Source of the DNA: a virus
Taxonomy: Duplodnaviria > Caudoviricetes
Direction: 5' to 3' (one strand)
Length of the DNA stretch: 47,951 bases
IMG/VR virus record: IMGVR_UViG_3300040985_001055
Location: 1 to 47,951 of that record
The position numbers and the translations under genes were made by a program. Shown here piece by piece: positions 7,833 through 16,848 of the stretch. The notes under the pieces were generated by a model. It had not been told where the DNA came from, did not search any database, and was given only the letters and a program-made list of their open reading frames with translations. Within the stretch, counting starts at the first letter, position 1; each line of letters starts with the position of its first letter.

Positions 7833-9518
7833 ATGACTCATTCACTAATAAGAAAAAAGTTCGATATAAGGCTCTCTGAGATGAAGAATATCAGACAGCC
7901 ACATGAAGCGCCTTTAAAGGATATTAGAGACTATCAGGCTCCTAATCGTGGTAATTTCGATGAAGATAAAGGAAAAGAAGGACAGCGTAAAGATGGCAAG
8001 ATATATAACGGATCTCCCGGTCTTTCTCTCAGGACTCTTGAAGCTGGCATGAATGCAGGGGTAACATCGCCATCTCGCCCTTGGTTTAGGCTGAGTATGG
8101 CTAACCGTGAGCTTATGGAGCGTGAGGATGTCAGGGCTTATCTGCGTGGTGTCGAGGAGGCAATGTATCAGATATTCAGTAGGTCTAATTTCTATCCGAT
8201 GGCCTCTGCTCTGTATCTTGAATTAGGGGCATTTGGAACGGCTGCAATGTCGGTTCAGGCAGATTTCGAAGATGTTGCAATATTTGATACATACACAATC
8301 GGCGAGTATTGGATTGCTACGAATGCCAGAAATAAGGTTGATGTTCTTTATAGAAGGATATGGATGACTCCTACTCAGCTTATTGAGAAGTTTGGTAAAG
8401 AGAATGTATCTCAGAGTGTCAGGACTCTTGCCGGTAAAGCAGGAAACGACCTTGCTACAGAAGAGAAAATAAAGGTAATCCATGCGGTTGAGCCAAATGA
8501 TGACCGTATACCAAATATGATAGATGCCAAGAATAAGGCATATAGAAGTGTATATTACGAAGAAGGTGCTCCTTCTAATCAGAATGAATTCTTGAATGTG
8601 TCTGGATTTGACACTTTTCCTTATATGGTATCAAGATGGAAAACTAATGGATCAGATCCGTATGGTACAGATCAACCTGGAATAATTGTATTAGGAGATG
8701 CCAAACAGTTGCAGTCCGGAACATTTAGGAAAGCTGCTGGCCTTGACAGGAATTTGAACCCTCCTTTGCAAATACCGGCAGATCTCAAGAATCAGACAGT
8801 TCATAATGTTCCTGGTGGTGCTACTTATACAACATCATTTAATCAAGGCGATGGTATCAAGCCTCTGTATGAAGTTCGTGTTCCGCTTGGTGATATAATT
8901 CAGGACATACAGGAAATAGAGAATCGGATCAGAAGTGCGTATTACGTTGATCTGTTTTTAGCTATTCAGGCAAATAACAGGCCACAAGATATGAAGGCAG
9001 AAGTAGCATTCCAGATTGATAAGGAAAGACTGCTCATGTTGGGGCCGGTTCTTGAGAGCTTGAACGAAGATTTTCTTGATCCACTTATAGATAGAGTTTT
9101 TGAATTAGGTGAAAATGCAGGTGCTTTTCCAGAAGCGCCAGAAGATTTAAAGGGAGCAGACCTGAATGTTGAATATGTATCTTCTTTGGCTAAGGCTCAA
9201 AAGATTAACGCAATAAGCAATATGGAGAGGCTTACTGGATTGGTTGGGTTGTGGGCAGGTATAGATCCTGGGGTAGTAGACAAGCTTGATCTTGACCAAG
9301 CAGTAGATGAAGCCTCTGAAATACTCGATGTTCCGACAAGTATAATTAGATCTGACGATGAAGTTAAAGTTGTCAGAGATGCGAAACAGGCAGTCGCAAA
9401 TCAACAGATAATGTTACAAGCCGGTGAAGTTGCTGCAGGAGCAGCTAAAGACCTCGCCAATGCACCGATTGGTACTGGTAATATGCTTGAACAATTAGCG
9501 GGAGTACAGGCACCATAA
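7833..9518 (+). CDS. Portal / head-to-tail connector (T7 gp8 / BPP-1 Bbp21-like)
   Basis: TSPSRPWFRL, SNFY, FGTA, ERLLMLGPVLESL..DFLDPLIDRVF, VEYVSSLAKAQK motifs. Confidence 0.92.
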   Translation: MTHSLIRKKFDIRLSEMKNIRQPHEAPLKDIRDYQAPNRGNFDEDKGKEGQRKDGKIYNGSPGLSLRTLEAGMNAGVTSPSRPWFRLSMANRELMEREDVRAYLRGVEEAMYQIFSRSNFYPMASALYLELGAFGTAAMSVQADFEDVAIFDTYTIGEYWIATNARNKVDVLYRRIWMTPTQLIEKFGKENVSQSVRTLAGKAGNDLATEEKIKVIHAVEPNDDRIPNMIDAKNKAYRSVYYEEGAPSNQNEFLNVSGFDTFPYMVSRWKTNGSDPYGTDQPGIIVLGDAKQLQSGTFRKAAGLDRNLNPPLQIPADLKNQTVHNVPGGATYTTSFNQGDGIKPLYEVRVPLGDIIQDIQEIENRIRSAYYVDLFLAIQANNRPQDMKAEVAFQIDKERLLMLGPVLESLNEDFLDPLIDRVFELGENAGAFPEAPEDLKGADLNVEYVSSLAKAQKINAISNMERLTGLVGLWAGIDPGVVDKLDLDQAVDEASEILDVPTSIIRSDDEVKVVRDAKQAVANQQIMLQAGEVAAGAAKDLANAPIGTGNMLEQLAGVQAP

Positions 9519-9519
9519 T

Positions 9520-9843
9520 ATGGAAAATAATATAGGCATCGTAGACAATACCGAAGAAAAAGAAAAGCAACAAGAAGCGGCTAGATTGCGATGGCTTGAA
9601 TATAGCATGTGTCTCAAAGAGGTAATGAGGACAAAAGCAGGAAGGCATTTTGTTTGGGAGTTTTTAGATGGACTCGGCTCGTATAGAAGTGCTTTTAATC
9701 CTGACCCTTATCTCCATGCTCATGCTGCGGGATTTAAAGATGCAGGACTGAAATTAATGGAAGAACTTTTGACAGCGTGTCCGGACGAACACCAGATTAT
9801 GTTTTCCGAGCACAAATATAAGGAGGAATCAAATGTTAGTTAA
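9520..9843 (+). CDS. Bbp19-like head protein
   Basis: VM.T..GR.FVW..L, G.K..GL motif; between portal and scaffold. Confidence 0.75.
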   Translation: MENNIGIVDNTEEKEKQQEAARLRWLEYSMCLKEVMRTKAGRHFVWEFLDGLGSYRSAFNPDPYLHAHAAGFKDAGLKLMEELLTACPDEHQIMFSEHKYKEESNVS

Positions 9844-10654
9844 TGGAAAAGTGGTTGGCAATCCAGAAGAAGATTGGGACATTCTCACTGATGGCGGTGA
9901 GGAAATAGTCGCAGATAAGACTCCAGAAGGTGTTGAAGAGGGTGACCCTAAAGAGCCTGATCTGAATGCAGCTAAGGATAAGTTGTATCCGGATGGAGAT
10001 AAAACACCAGAAGAAATAGCTGCCGAGAAGGAAGCCTCCGATAAAGAGATTGAAGATAACAAGACACCAGAGCAGAAGGCTCAGGATATCAAGGATGCTG
10101 AAGCTAAAGAAATTGAGGATAAAAAAGCCTTAGATGACAAAAAGGCTGCAGACGATAAAGCCAAAGAAGAAGGCTTGATTACAGCCGAAGAAGAAGGCTT
10201 GATTACAGCCGAAGATATTACGTTTCCTGAAGGTGTTCAGGTCGATGCAGATGTCCAGAAGGACTTCATTGAAATAGTCAATGACAGAGAAATGAGCGTT
10301 AAGGACAAGTCTCAGGCACTCGTTGATCTTCAGGCTAAATTATATGCAACTGCCCATCAATCTAAAGTGGACACCTGGGTTGCAGATGTAAATGCTGATA
10401 AAAAGTTCGTTGGAGATGACGGTACAAAGCTTCCGGAGAATCTTGCACTGGCTAAGACGGGAATGGAAGCACTTAAAATAGAAGGGCTATCTGAATATCT
10501 TGATGCTTCTGGAGAGGGCAATAACCCTTTGATGGTAGAAGCATTTATGAAGATTGGCGCTGCAATAGGTGAAGACACATTTATAGTTGGTGGTAAAGGT
10601 GCAGAGACAGGAAAGAGATCTGCTGCCGAAATACTTTACGGCCCATCAAAATAG
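9833..10654 (+). CDS. Capsid scaffolding protein
   Basis: Acidic low-complexity N-half; G.GNNP.....F.KIG.AI.ED and C-terminal AEILYG; directly before MCP. Confidence 0.8.
   Translation: MLVNGKVVGNPEEDWDILTDGGEEIVADKTPEGVEEGDPKEPDLNAAKDKLYPDGDKTPEEIAAEKEASDKEIEDNKTPEQKAQDIKDAEAKEIEDKKALDDKKAADDKAKEEGLITAEEEGLITAEDITFPEGVQVDADVQKDFIEIVNDREMSVKDKSQALVDLQAKLYATAHQSKVDTWVADVNADKKFVGDDGTKLPENLALAKTGMEALKIEGLSEYLDASGEGNNPLMVEAFMKIGAAIGEDTFIVGGKGAETGKRSAAEILYGPSK
10164..10211 (+). repeat. Perfect 24-bp tandem duplication (EEGLITAE x2)
   Basis: AAGAAGAAGGCTTGATTACAGCCG at 10164-10187 and 10188-10211. Confidence 0.9.
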
Positions 10655-10772
10655 AGTACGTTATTAACTAGCAGAAATGCTTTATCCTAAGATGTTTTAG
10701 AATTGAAGTATATGCTTTATTAAATTGCAACAGGTTTTGTTGCTTCAATTGAATACTTAGGGAGGATTTATT

Positions 10773-11780
10773 ATGGCTACAGTCGGAACCACTTATCTCA
10801 ATATCGCAGATAAGGTAAAAAGGCTCGGTCCTGATGGCGAAAAAATTGCCACAATAATCGAGTTGTTGAAACAAACAAATGAATTAATGGAAGACATGGT
10901 TGTTATTGAAGGTAATACGCAAACCGGTCATAGGACTACAATGCGTAGCGGTCTTCCTTCTACAACTTGGAGAAAGTTATATGCGTTTACCAATCCAAGC
11001 AAGTCAACCACAGTACAGGTTGATGATACTGCTGGTATCCTTGAAGCATTCTCAGTCATAGATAAGGATTTGGCAGACTTGGGTGGAGATGCTGGGAGTC
11101 TCAGACTCTCTGAAGATCTTGCTTTTTTCCAGGCAATGAATCACGAATTTGTTCAGACTTTGTTCTATGGTAATACCGACACGGATCCAGAAGAATTCAT
11201 GGGACTTGCTCCTCGTTTCGGTGACACAAGTGCTGATAACGGTGGACAGATTATAGATGCTGGTGGTACTGGATCGGTCAATACTTCAATGTGGTTGATT
11301 AAATGGTCTGAGAATCACACACATACTTTCTTTCCTAAAGGTACGATGGCTGGTCTTCAGCATGAAGATATGGGCGTTGTAACTGAGAGTAATTCAAGCC
11401 AAGGTAAGAGAGTTGTCTATCAGACTCGTTATCTCTGGAAAGTCGGTCTTTCTGTCAGAGACTGGAGACATGTGGTAAGGATTGCCAATATCGATGTAGC
11501 TAAATTGCTGACTATTGGTAGCGGTTCAGATACGTCTGCAGACCTTATCAATGACATGATTGATGCTCTGTATTCAAAAATGGAAAATCATACTGGAGGC
11601 CGAATGGTGTTCTATTGTGACAGAGTTGTTCATACTGCTCTTGTAAAGAAGGCTGCCGCTAAAGACAATGTGAATCTGTCATTTGCAAACTTTGGTGGAG
11701 AAGGCCCAATATTGCATTTCCATGGTACTCCGATCAGAAGGGTAGATGGGCTGCTTGCAACTGAAGAGCAAGTAACATAA
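10773..11780 (+). CDS. Major capsid protein (BPP-1 Bbp17 / epsilon15 gp7-like)
   Basis: IIELL.QTNE...D, GHRTTMRSGLP..TWRKL, GLSVRDWRHVVRIANID, GTPIRRVD..L.TE. Confidence 0.93.
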   Translation: MATVGTTYLNIADKVKRLGPDGEKIATIIELLKQTNELMEDMVVIEGNTQTGHRTTMRSGLPSTTWRKLYAFTNPSKSTTVQVDDTAGILEAFSVIDKDLADLGGDAGSLRLSEDLAFFQAMNHEFVQTLFYGNTDTDPEEFMGLAPRFGDTSADNGGQIIDAGGTGSVNTSMWLIKWSENHTHTFFPKGTMAGLQHEDMGVVTESNSSQGKRVVYQTRYLWKVGLSVRDWRHVVRIANIDVAKLLTIGSGSDTSADLINDMIDALYSKMENHTGGRMVFYCDRVVHTALVKKAAAKDNVNLSFANFGGEGPILHFHGTPIRRVDGLLATEEQVT

Positions 11781-11871
11781 ACAAGCTTTAATAGTGTGTG
11801 TTCTTATTAAAGAAAAGCGTGAAATACTTTATTAGTGATGTATTAATCCTTAGAACTTAGGGAGAATAACT

Positions 11872-12288
11872 ATGATATTAGACGTAGAGAATCTTTATAG
11901 TGACGATCAGGCAATAACAACAACCGCAGACTCTACAAATGTAATTGATTTGGGAGTGCCGAATAGAGGCCCAGGTAATCCGTTGCTTATCGACATTTTG
12001 GTAACAACTACCTTTGCGGGTGGTACCAGTATTACTATTGACCTTGAGACTGACAGTGCTGAAGGATTTGGAACACTGTCTACAGTAGCATCTACTCAGG
12101 CGATAGCATTAGCGACTCTTGTGGCAGGGTATCGTTTCTCAATCCAGTTTGCTCCGGATCTAATGAAAAGGTATTCGCGCCTTGAGTACACGGTTTCAGG
12201 AACAATGTCAGCCGGTAATATCACAGCAGGGATCGTCTTTGAGAGACAGTCTTCAAAGAGTACTTTCCCTTCTGGTAGCAATCCGTAA
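11872..12288 (+). CDS. Capsid cement/decoration protein (Bbp16-like)
   Basis: MILD....SD.QAIT.TA.STNVIDLG ... RYSRL.YTV.G...AG.ITAGI. Confidence 0.88.
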   Translation: MILDVENLYSDDQAITTTADSTNVIDLGVPNRGPGNPLLIDILVTTTFAGGTSITIDLETDSAEGFGTLSTVASTQAIALATLVAGYRFSIQFAPDLMKRYSRLEYTVSGTMSAGNITAGIVFERQSSKSTFPSGSNP

Positions 12289-12308
12289 GCTATATTTTAT
12301 TATTATCT

Positions 12309-12346
12309 ATATGGGGTAGGGTCTTCGGGCTCTACCTTCATATTTT
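12309..12346 (+). terminator. Rho-independent terminator after capsid genes
   Basis: Stem with C(UUCG)G loop followed by TATTTT. Confidence 0.75.
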
Positions 12347-12358
12347 CGGAGAACATAA

Positions 12359-13372
12359 ATGAAAAAACTTATATTAGGCGTAATGTCGTTCCTGCTTCTT
12401 TCGGTTGTTGGAAGTGTTTGTGTTGCAGGTAGCTCTGTAGACAAGGCATTCAACGACAATATAAGGGCAGGGGATGGCAAGGTAGGGATTAGTGCTACAG
12501 ATATATGCATAGATATTGCTGCTGATCTTGAATCTGATTTGCACGGTATAAACAAGTTTGGTCGGGCTCCTACTGGTATTCAGACAACGGCAACTGATAT
12601 ATGGGATAGGGCAACACAAATTCCTCTTCAGCCAGTATGGTTAGCTCCTGCTTCGGCTGCACCATTAGAGATTGCCTCTTCTGATGCTGGTGACACTTCT
12701 GCTGGTGCTGGTGCTAGAAAACTACGAATCTTCGGGTTAATAGATTGGGAGTTGCCTGAAATATCGGAAGACATTGTTATGAACGGTACAACATCGGTCA
12801 CAACTACTCAATCTTACGTGGTTTGTTATCGTATGCAGGTAATAGAAAAGGGAGCTACGAATAGTAATATTGGAACTATTACTGCTAAGGTGCAGGGTGA
12901 GGGGACTGTAACTGCTCAGATCAATGATAGTGAGGGTCAAACGCAGATGGCTATATATGCTATATCGTCTTTAGATAAGGCGTATGTGCAGAATTATTAT
13001 GCATCTGTCAATAAAGCACAAGGGGCAGCAGCTTCGGTAAACTTTTCGATTGTTGTCAACCTTGAACCTGCTTCAGAGCTGACCAATTTCGTAAAGAAAA
13101 ATACGATAGGAGCACAGTCTACTGGGTCTTCTCATTTTAGTCATAATTTTTGCCCATATATGAGAGTTGATGGTCCTGCTATAATCAAAATGCAAGGCGT
13201 GGCAAGTGCTAATGATGTTGAAGGGAGCGCCGGGTTTGACATTGTAAGATGGACAGACACTTCTGGATTCGATGCCATTCTTGCAAGCAATAAAAGAGAC
13301 AGGGCTAATCTGAGGATATTAACAACTTCAGATGGCAGAGTAATAAGAACAACACAAGATATACCTAATTAA
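12359..13372 (+). CDS. Virion-type beta-rich protein with N-terminal Sec signal peptide
   Basis: MKKLILGVMSFLLLSVVGSVCVA signal; body INKFGR..DIW..SS.AGDT.AG.GAR....GL resembles phage structural proteins. Confidence 0.75.
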   Translation: MKKLILGVMSFLLLSVVGSVCVAGSSVDKAFNDNIRAGDGKVGISATDICIDIAADLESDLHGINKFGRAPTGIQTTATDIWDRATQIPLQPVWLAPASAAPLEIASSDAGDTSAGAGARKLRIFGLIDWELPEISEDIVMNGTTSVTTTQSYVVCYRMQVIEKGATNSNIGTITAKVQGEGTVTAQINDSEGQTQMAIYAISSLDKAYVQNYYASVNKAQGAAASVNFSIVVNLEPASELTNFVKKNTIGAQSTGSSHFSHNFCPYMRVDGPAIIKMQGVASANDVEGSAGFDIVRWTDTSGFDAILASNKRDRANLRILTTSDGRVIRTTQDIPN

Positions 13373-13395
13373 CTTTATTCATAGGGAGAAACGTA

Positions 13396-14040
13396 ATGTG
13401 GAATCACAAGTCTAAATATTTTCTCATGGGAGCATTGCTTTCTGCGTTGTTAGCGTTTGCTCCTGTGAATGCAACTAATTATGTAAAGGATTCTGATTTA
13501 ACCGCGGAGACTACCGTGGCTACAGGTGACAGTGTTATCTTGTACGACACTTCAGCCGGTAATACGGTCAAGGCAACAATAGCAAATATCTTTGCTTCTG
13601 CCGGTAATATAGGTGCAGCTACCATCGTCACTGTTGGAGCGTTAGATTCTGGCTCAATAACATCAGGATTCGGGAACATCGACAATGGAACATCTAATAT
13701 CACTTCCGGAGGTATATGGTCAGTTGACGTAGATGGTACCGGTCTTGGTGCTGCCGGTGCAATGACCTTCGGTGCAGGAGGGGATTCTGGTGAATATTGG
13801 GATGGATCTGATTATATTATTACCTCTTCTAATGGTATGGTTTTAGGAGTTGTTGAAGCTGCTGAAGTCAATTTTATGGAAGTTGATACCGGAACAGCAA
13901 GGATTGACTTTAGCGATGCAACTTCTGCTACTGCTCTTATGCTTTGGAATCGAGCAGACAACTCGCTAATAAGAGTTACTACAGGTGCGAATGATACAGG
14001 TGGTACTGGTTTCAGGTCCCTTCATATTCCGAACTTATAA
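13396..14040 (+). CDS. Fibre-like protein with Sec signal peptide
   Basis: MWNHKSKYFLMGALLSALLAFAPVNA signal; TVGALDSGSITSGFGNIDNG fibre-type motif. Confidence 0.72.
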   Translation: MWNHKSKYFLMGALLSALLAFAPVNATNYVKDSDLTAETTVATGDSVILYDTSAGNTVKATIANIFASAGNIGAATIVTVGALDSGSITSGFGNIDNGTSNITSGGIWSVDVDGTGLGAAGAMTFGAGGDSGEYWDGSDYIITSSNGMVLGVVEAAEVNFMEVDTGTARIDFSDATSATALMLWNRADNSLIRVTTGANDTGGTGFRSLHIPNL

Positions 14041-14234
14041 TGGAACGAACAGTAATCTTTAGTACATTGTTTTTTGCAATAATCTGGTTTCTGTCAGGGA
14101 ACTTCGGGGCAACTGCATCGGGGCATCCTGACAGAGCATATTCTTTTCTTGGCGAGGACAGTATTGTAGTCAAGGGCGAAGAGAAGGAACGAGCTTTAAA
14201 GGAAATAAATGAAATACTCAGAAATCAGAGATGA
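14040..14234 (+). CDS. Small exported/membrane protein
   Basis: Hydrophobic N-terminus ending ATA; TAATG coupling. Confidence 0.55.
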   Translation: MERTVIFSTLFFAIIWFLSGNFGATASGHPDRAYSFLGEDSIVVKGEEKERALKEINEILRNQR

Positions 14235-14796
14235 ATTAAATACTGGCGATATTGTTTTGTTTTCCGGCAAAGGGTTTATCTCAGGCTTAATCAAATGGTT
14301 TACTCGTTCACCACATTCGCATGTTGGCATGGTTATACGCTCTGTAGAGATTGATATGATTCTTTTATGGGAATCAACGACTCTGAGTAAGGTAAAAGAC
14401 ATATTGAGCCATACGTCGAAGCAGGGAGTACAGTTGGTATTGCTCAGTGAAAGGGTTAATACGTACAAAGGCAAGATTGGTATACGAAAGCTCGAAGGGG
14501 TTGACATGACAGGTAAGCGGATAGAAACGCTGACTGATTTTAGGAATGAGATGAAAGATTGTGATTATGAACAAAACAAGCTTGAGTTGGCTAAGTCTGC
14601 TTATGATGGTCCTTTCGGCAGAAATAAAGAAAACCTGTCATCGGTGTTTTGTTCAGAATTGATTGCCGAAATGTATGAGAGGTGGGAATTGTTGCCGGAA
14701 GCAGTAGCAAGTAACGAATATACTCCTGCTGATTTCGGGAATGAGATTGAACTGGAACAAGGAAGTTTATCAGAAATTATAGAAGTGGGGGCGTAG
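14209..14796 (+). CDS. Permuted papain-like NlpC/P60 (YiiX/YaeF, C92) hydrolase
   Basis: GDIVLF, SHVGM (His) precedes FCSELIA (Cys), YTPADF. Confidence 0.85.
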   Translation: MKYSEIRDELNTGDIVLFSGKGFISGLIKWFTRSPHSHVGMVIRSVEIDMILLWESTTLSKVKDILSHTSKQGVQLVLLSERVNTYKGKIGIRKLEGVDMTGKRIETLTDFRNEMKDCDYEQNKLELAKSAYDGPFGRNKENLSSVFCSELIAEMYERWELLPEAVASNEYTPADFGNEIELEQGSLSEIIEVGA

Positions 14797-15009
14797 ATGA
14801 ATATAATGAGCATATTTCAAGATGAAAACAATCAGCTAAGTATGACTAGAATGGTACTGCTCCTTGTTGTCCTGTGCATAGTAACAGAATGGCAGAAGGC
14901 AATTTGGGGAGGAGATACTGCTTGGACACCGGATGCTTGGAGGATGGGTATTTTAGGTGGTACCGGTGTTATGAAGCTTATCCAGAAACCGTTTGAAAAG
15001 AAGGGATAG
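14797..15009 (+). CDS. Holin-like 2-TM protein
   Basis: IFQDE...LSMTR.., two TM segments, basic tail QKPFEKKG. Confidence 0.6.
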   Translation: MNIMSIFQDENNQLSMTRMVLLLVVLCIVTEWQKAIWGGDTAWTPDAWRMGILGGTGVMKLIQKPFEKKG

Positions 15010-15110
15010 TTCTCACTACTCCTCTTTAACAAAAAACTGTGATCATCTCAATGCCAACCTTGAGACTCACATCCCCCTATTTGTAAGGGGAGGGTAGGGG
15101 GTAAATAATT

Positions 15111-15326
15111 ATGGGCAAAGGCGAATTAAAAATAGACATATCAACCACACACGGGAAGCTGATAATCCTTATCGTGATGGCAGCCTGTGGAGCCTTGTGG
15201 AAGTTTGCAATCCTTGATACTCATACCAGTATTGGTAAGCTCTGGAGGAAGTACGGGGAAGTTACACAGGAGCTTAAAGAAGTGCATAAAGACATCGGGC
15301 GTTTAGAGGGGAGACACGATCAATGA
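15111..15326 (+). CDS. Membrane protein with coiled-coil (lysis accessory?)
   Basis: TM helix then ELKEVHKDIGRLEGR. Confidence 0.6.
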   Translation: MGKGELKIDISTTHGKLIILIVMAACGALWKFAILDTHTSIGKLWRKYGEVTQELKEVHKDIGRLEGRHDQ

Positions 15327-15601
15327 AAAAGATAATATGGATTCCCTTATTATTATTTATGGCTCTAAATAGCATTATGGGATGCCTGCCGATAGCCGTT
15401 GCTGTGATTGGTAGTGCGGGTACGATTGCTGCAGCCAGGATGAAGATGAATGGTGATGTAGAAAAAGCAAAGGGCATCGAAGTATTCAGAGATACCGTCA
15501 TTGAAAGCCTTGAGGATATAAATAAGAGGTTGGAGGATAAGGAAGAAAGTGAAGTCTTGAAATCTATTGGTATTATCTACGATAACCAAGAGGAGAATTA
15601 A
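15323..15601 (+). CDS. Putative lipoprotein (spanin-like candidate)
   Basis: MKK + hydrophobic stretch + IMGC lipobox-like. Confidence 0.55.
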   Translation: MKKIIWIPLLLFMALNSIMGCLPIAVAVIGSAGTIAAARMKMNGDVEKAKGIEVFRDTVIESLEDINKRLEDKEESEVLKSIGIIYDNQEEN

Positions 15602-15924
15602 TGACTTCTGATGATGTGATTTCTTTGCATAGCAAGCTAGACACAATCCATTCTGACATAAAGGAGTGTGCAAAAGAAAATGCTGTCAACACAAGTAATG
15701 TTAGTAGGCATGAAGAACTGATAAGTGGCTTATATGATGACAGAAATAATCATTCAAGCAGACTTAATACGATAGAAACAACTTATGACCTTGAGCAGAA
15801 ACATGACGGTGAGGATCGAAGAAGTAGTAATCATACATTTGACAGAGTTACAAGGATACTGACAATTACAGCTATTGTTGTTTTTGGAATATTGACAGTA
15901 TTATCGAGAATTGGCATTTTATAG
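15601..15924 (+). CDS. Coiled-coil protein with C-terminal TM (XhlA/holin-like)
   Basis: Heptad pattern then ILTITAIVVFGILTVL; GAGGAG RBS. Confidence 0.6.
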   Translation: MTSDDVISLHSKLDTIHSDIKECAKENAVNTSNVSRHEELISGLYDDRNNHSSRLNTIETTYDLEQKHDGEDRRSSNHTFDRVTRILTITAIVVFGILTVLSRIGIL

Positions 15925-15933
15925 AAAGGCAGG

Positions 15934-16233
15934 TTGGCTATGAGCATGATACAGATGTTGGTAAATGAGCAGTGTTATTATGATGGAAAAATAAGAAGTG
16001 TAGGTTCGATAATAGATTATGACATGGATGACAGAGGTGAAGATGATGATGGAAACAGGACGATTCTGCCTACGTGGGGAGAACCGGTAAAGGGGCAGCA
16101 AGTAAGAGAGGCTGAGCCTGTAAAGACTGAATTCAAAGAGACAACTCTTCACGCCATAACTCAAAATCCTAAACCCAAAGTAAGGACTTCAAATGTCAGA
16201 AAGAAATCTAAGGCAAAGAAAAAGAAAGGTTAA
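15934..16233 (+). CDS. Hypothetical virion-module protein
   Basis: Position before tail tubular A; basic C-terminus. Confidence 0.65.
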   Translation: MAMSMIQMLVNEQCYYDGKIRSVGSIIDYDMDDRGEDDDGNRTILPTWGEPVKGQQVREAEPVKTEFKETTLHAITQNPKPKVRTSNVRKKSKAKKKKG

Positions 16234-16236
16234 AAA

Positions 16237-16845
16237 TTGTCAAGTCAAGTAGATATATATAATTTGGCGTTGTCGAATATTGCTGCTAAGTCGAGAGTGA
16301 ATTCATTGACTGAAGACAGTGACGAGAGGAAGGTTTGCGATGTCCATTACGAGAATGCAAGGGAAATTGTTCTTGAAGACCATGACTGGAACTTCGCTTC
16401 TTTCTTTGAAACACTGGCACTTTTGAAGGAGTCTACGGACGCTATTCCTCCTCCTCTTCCCTGGATTTTTGAATATGCTTATCCGTCTACTTGTGTAAAG
16501 GTTAGGGAGATAACGAGAGATACTGACAGTGAGCCTCCTGTTCCTTTTAGTGTTGGCGTTAATGATAATAGAACAGGTAAGGTTATTCGTACTGATAAAC
16601 AGGCCGCGAAACTTAGATATACATTTAGAATAACAAATTCTTCCCTGTTCACGCCAAGAGCAGTTGAGGCAATAGGATGGAAACTGGCAACATTGATAGC
16701 AATATCATTAACCGGCAATCTAAAGCTAAAGCAAAATGCTGAGGAGTCTTATTTAAGGGCAATCATCGATGCTAAATCATCAAACTATAATGAGAATATA
16801 GATAGAAAGTCTGCCGATCCTTCATTAATCGCTGCAAGGAGTTAA
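16237..16845 (+). CDS. Tail tubular protein A / adaptor (T7 gp11-like)
   Basis: SQVDIYNLALS.I, HDWNFA, W.FEYAYP..C, C-terminal IAAR; TTG start. Confidence 0.85.
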   Translation: MSSQVDIYNLALSNIAAKSRVNSLTEDSDERKVCDVHYENAREIVLEDHDWNFASFFETLALLKESTDAIPPPLPWIFEYAYPSTCVKVREITRDTDSEPPVPFSVGVNDNRTGKVIRTDKQAAKLRYTFRITNSSLFTPRAVEAIGWKLATLIAISLTGNLKLKQNAEESYLRAIIDAKSSNYNENIDRKSADPSLIAARS

Positions 16846-16848
16846 GAA

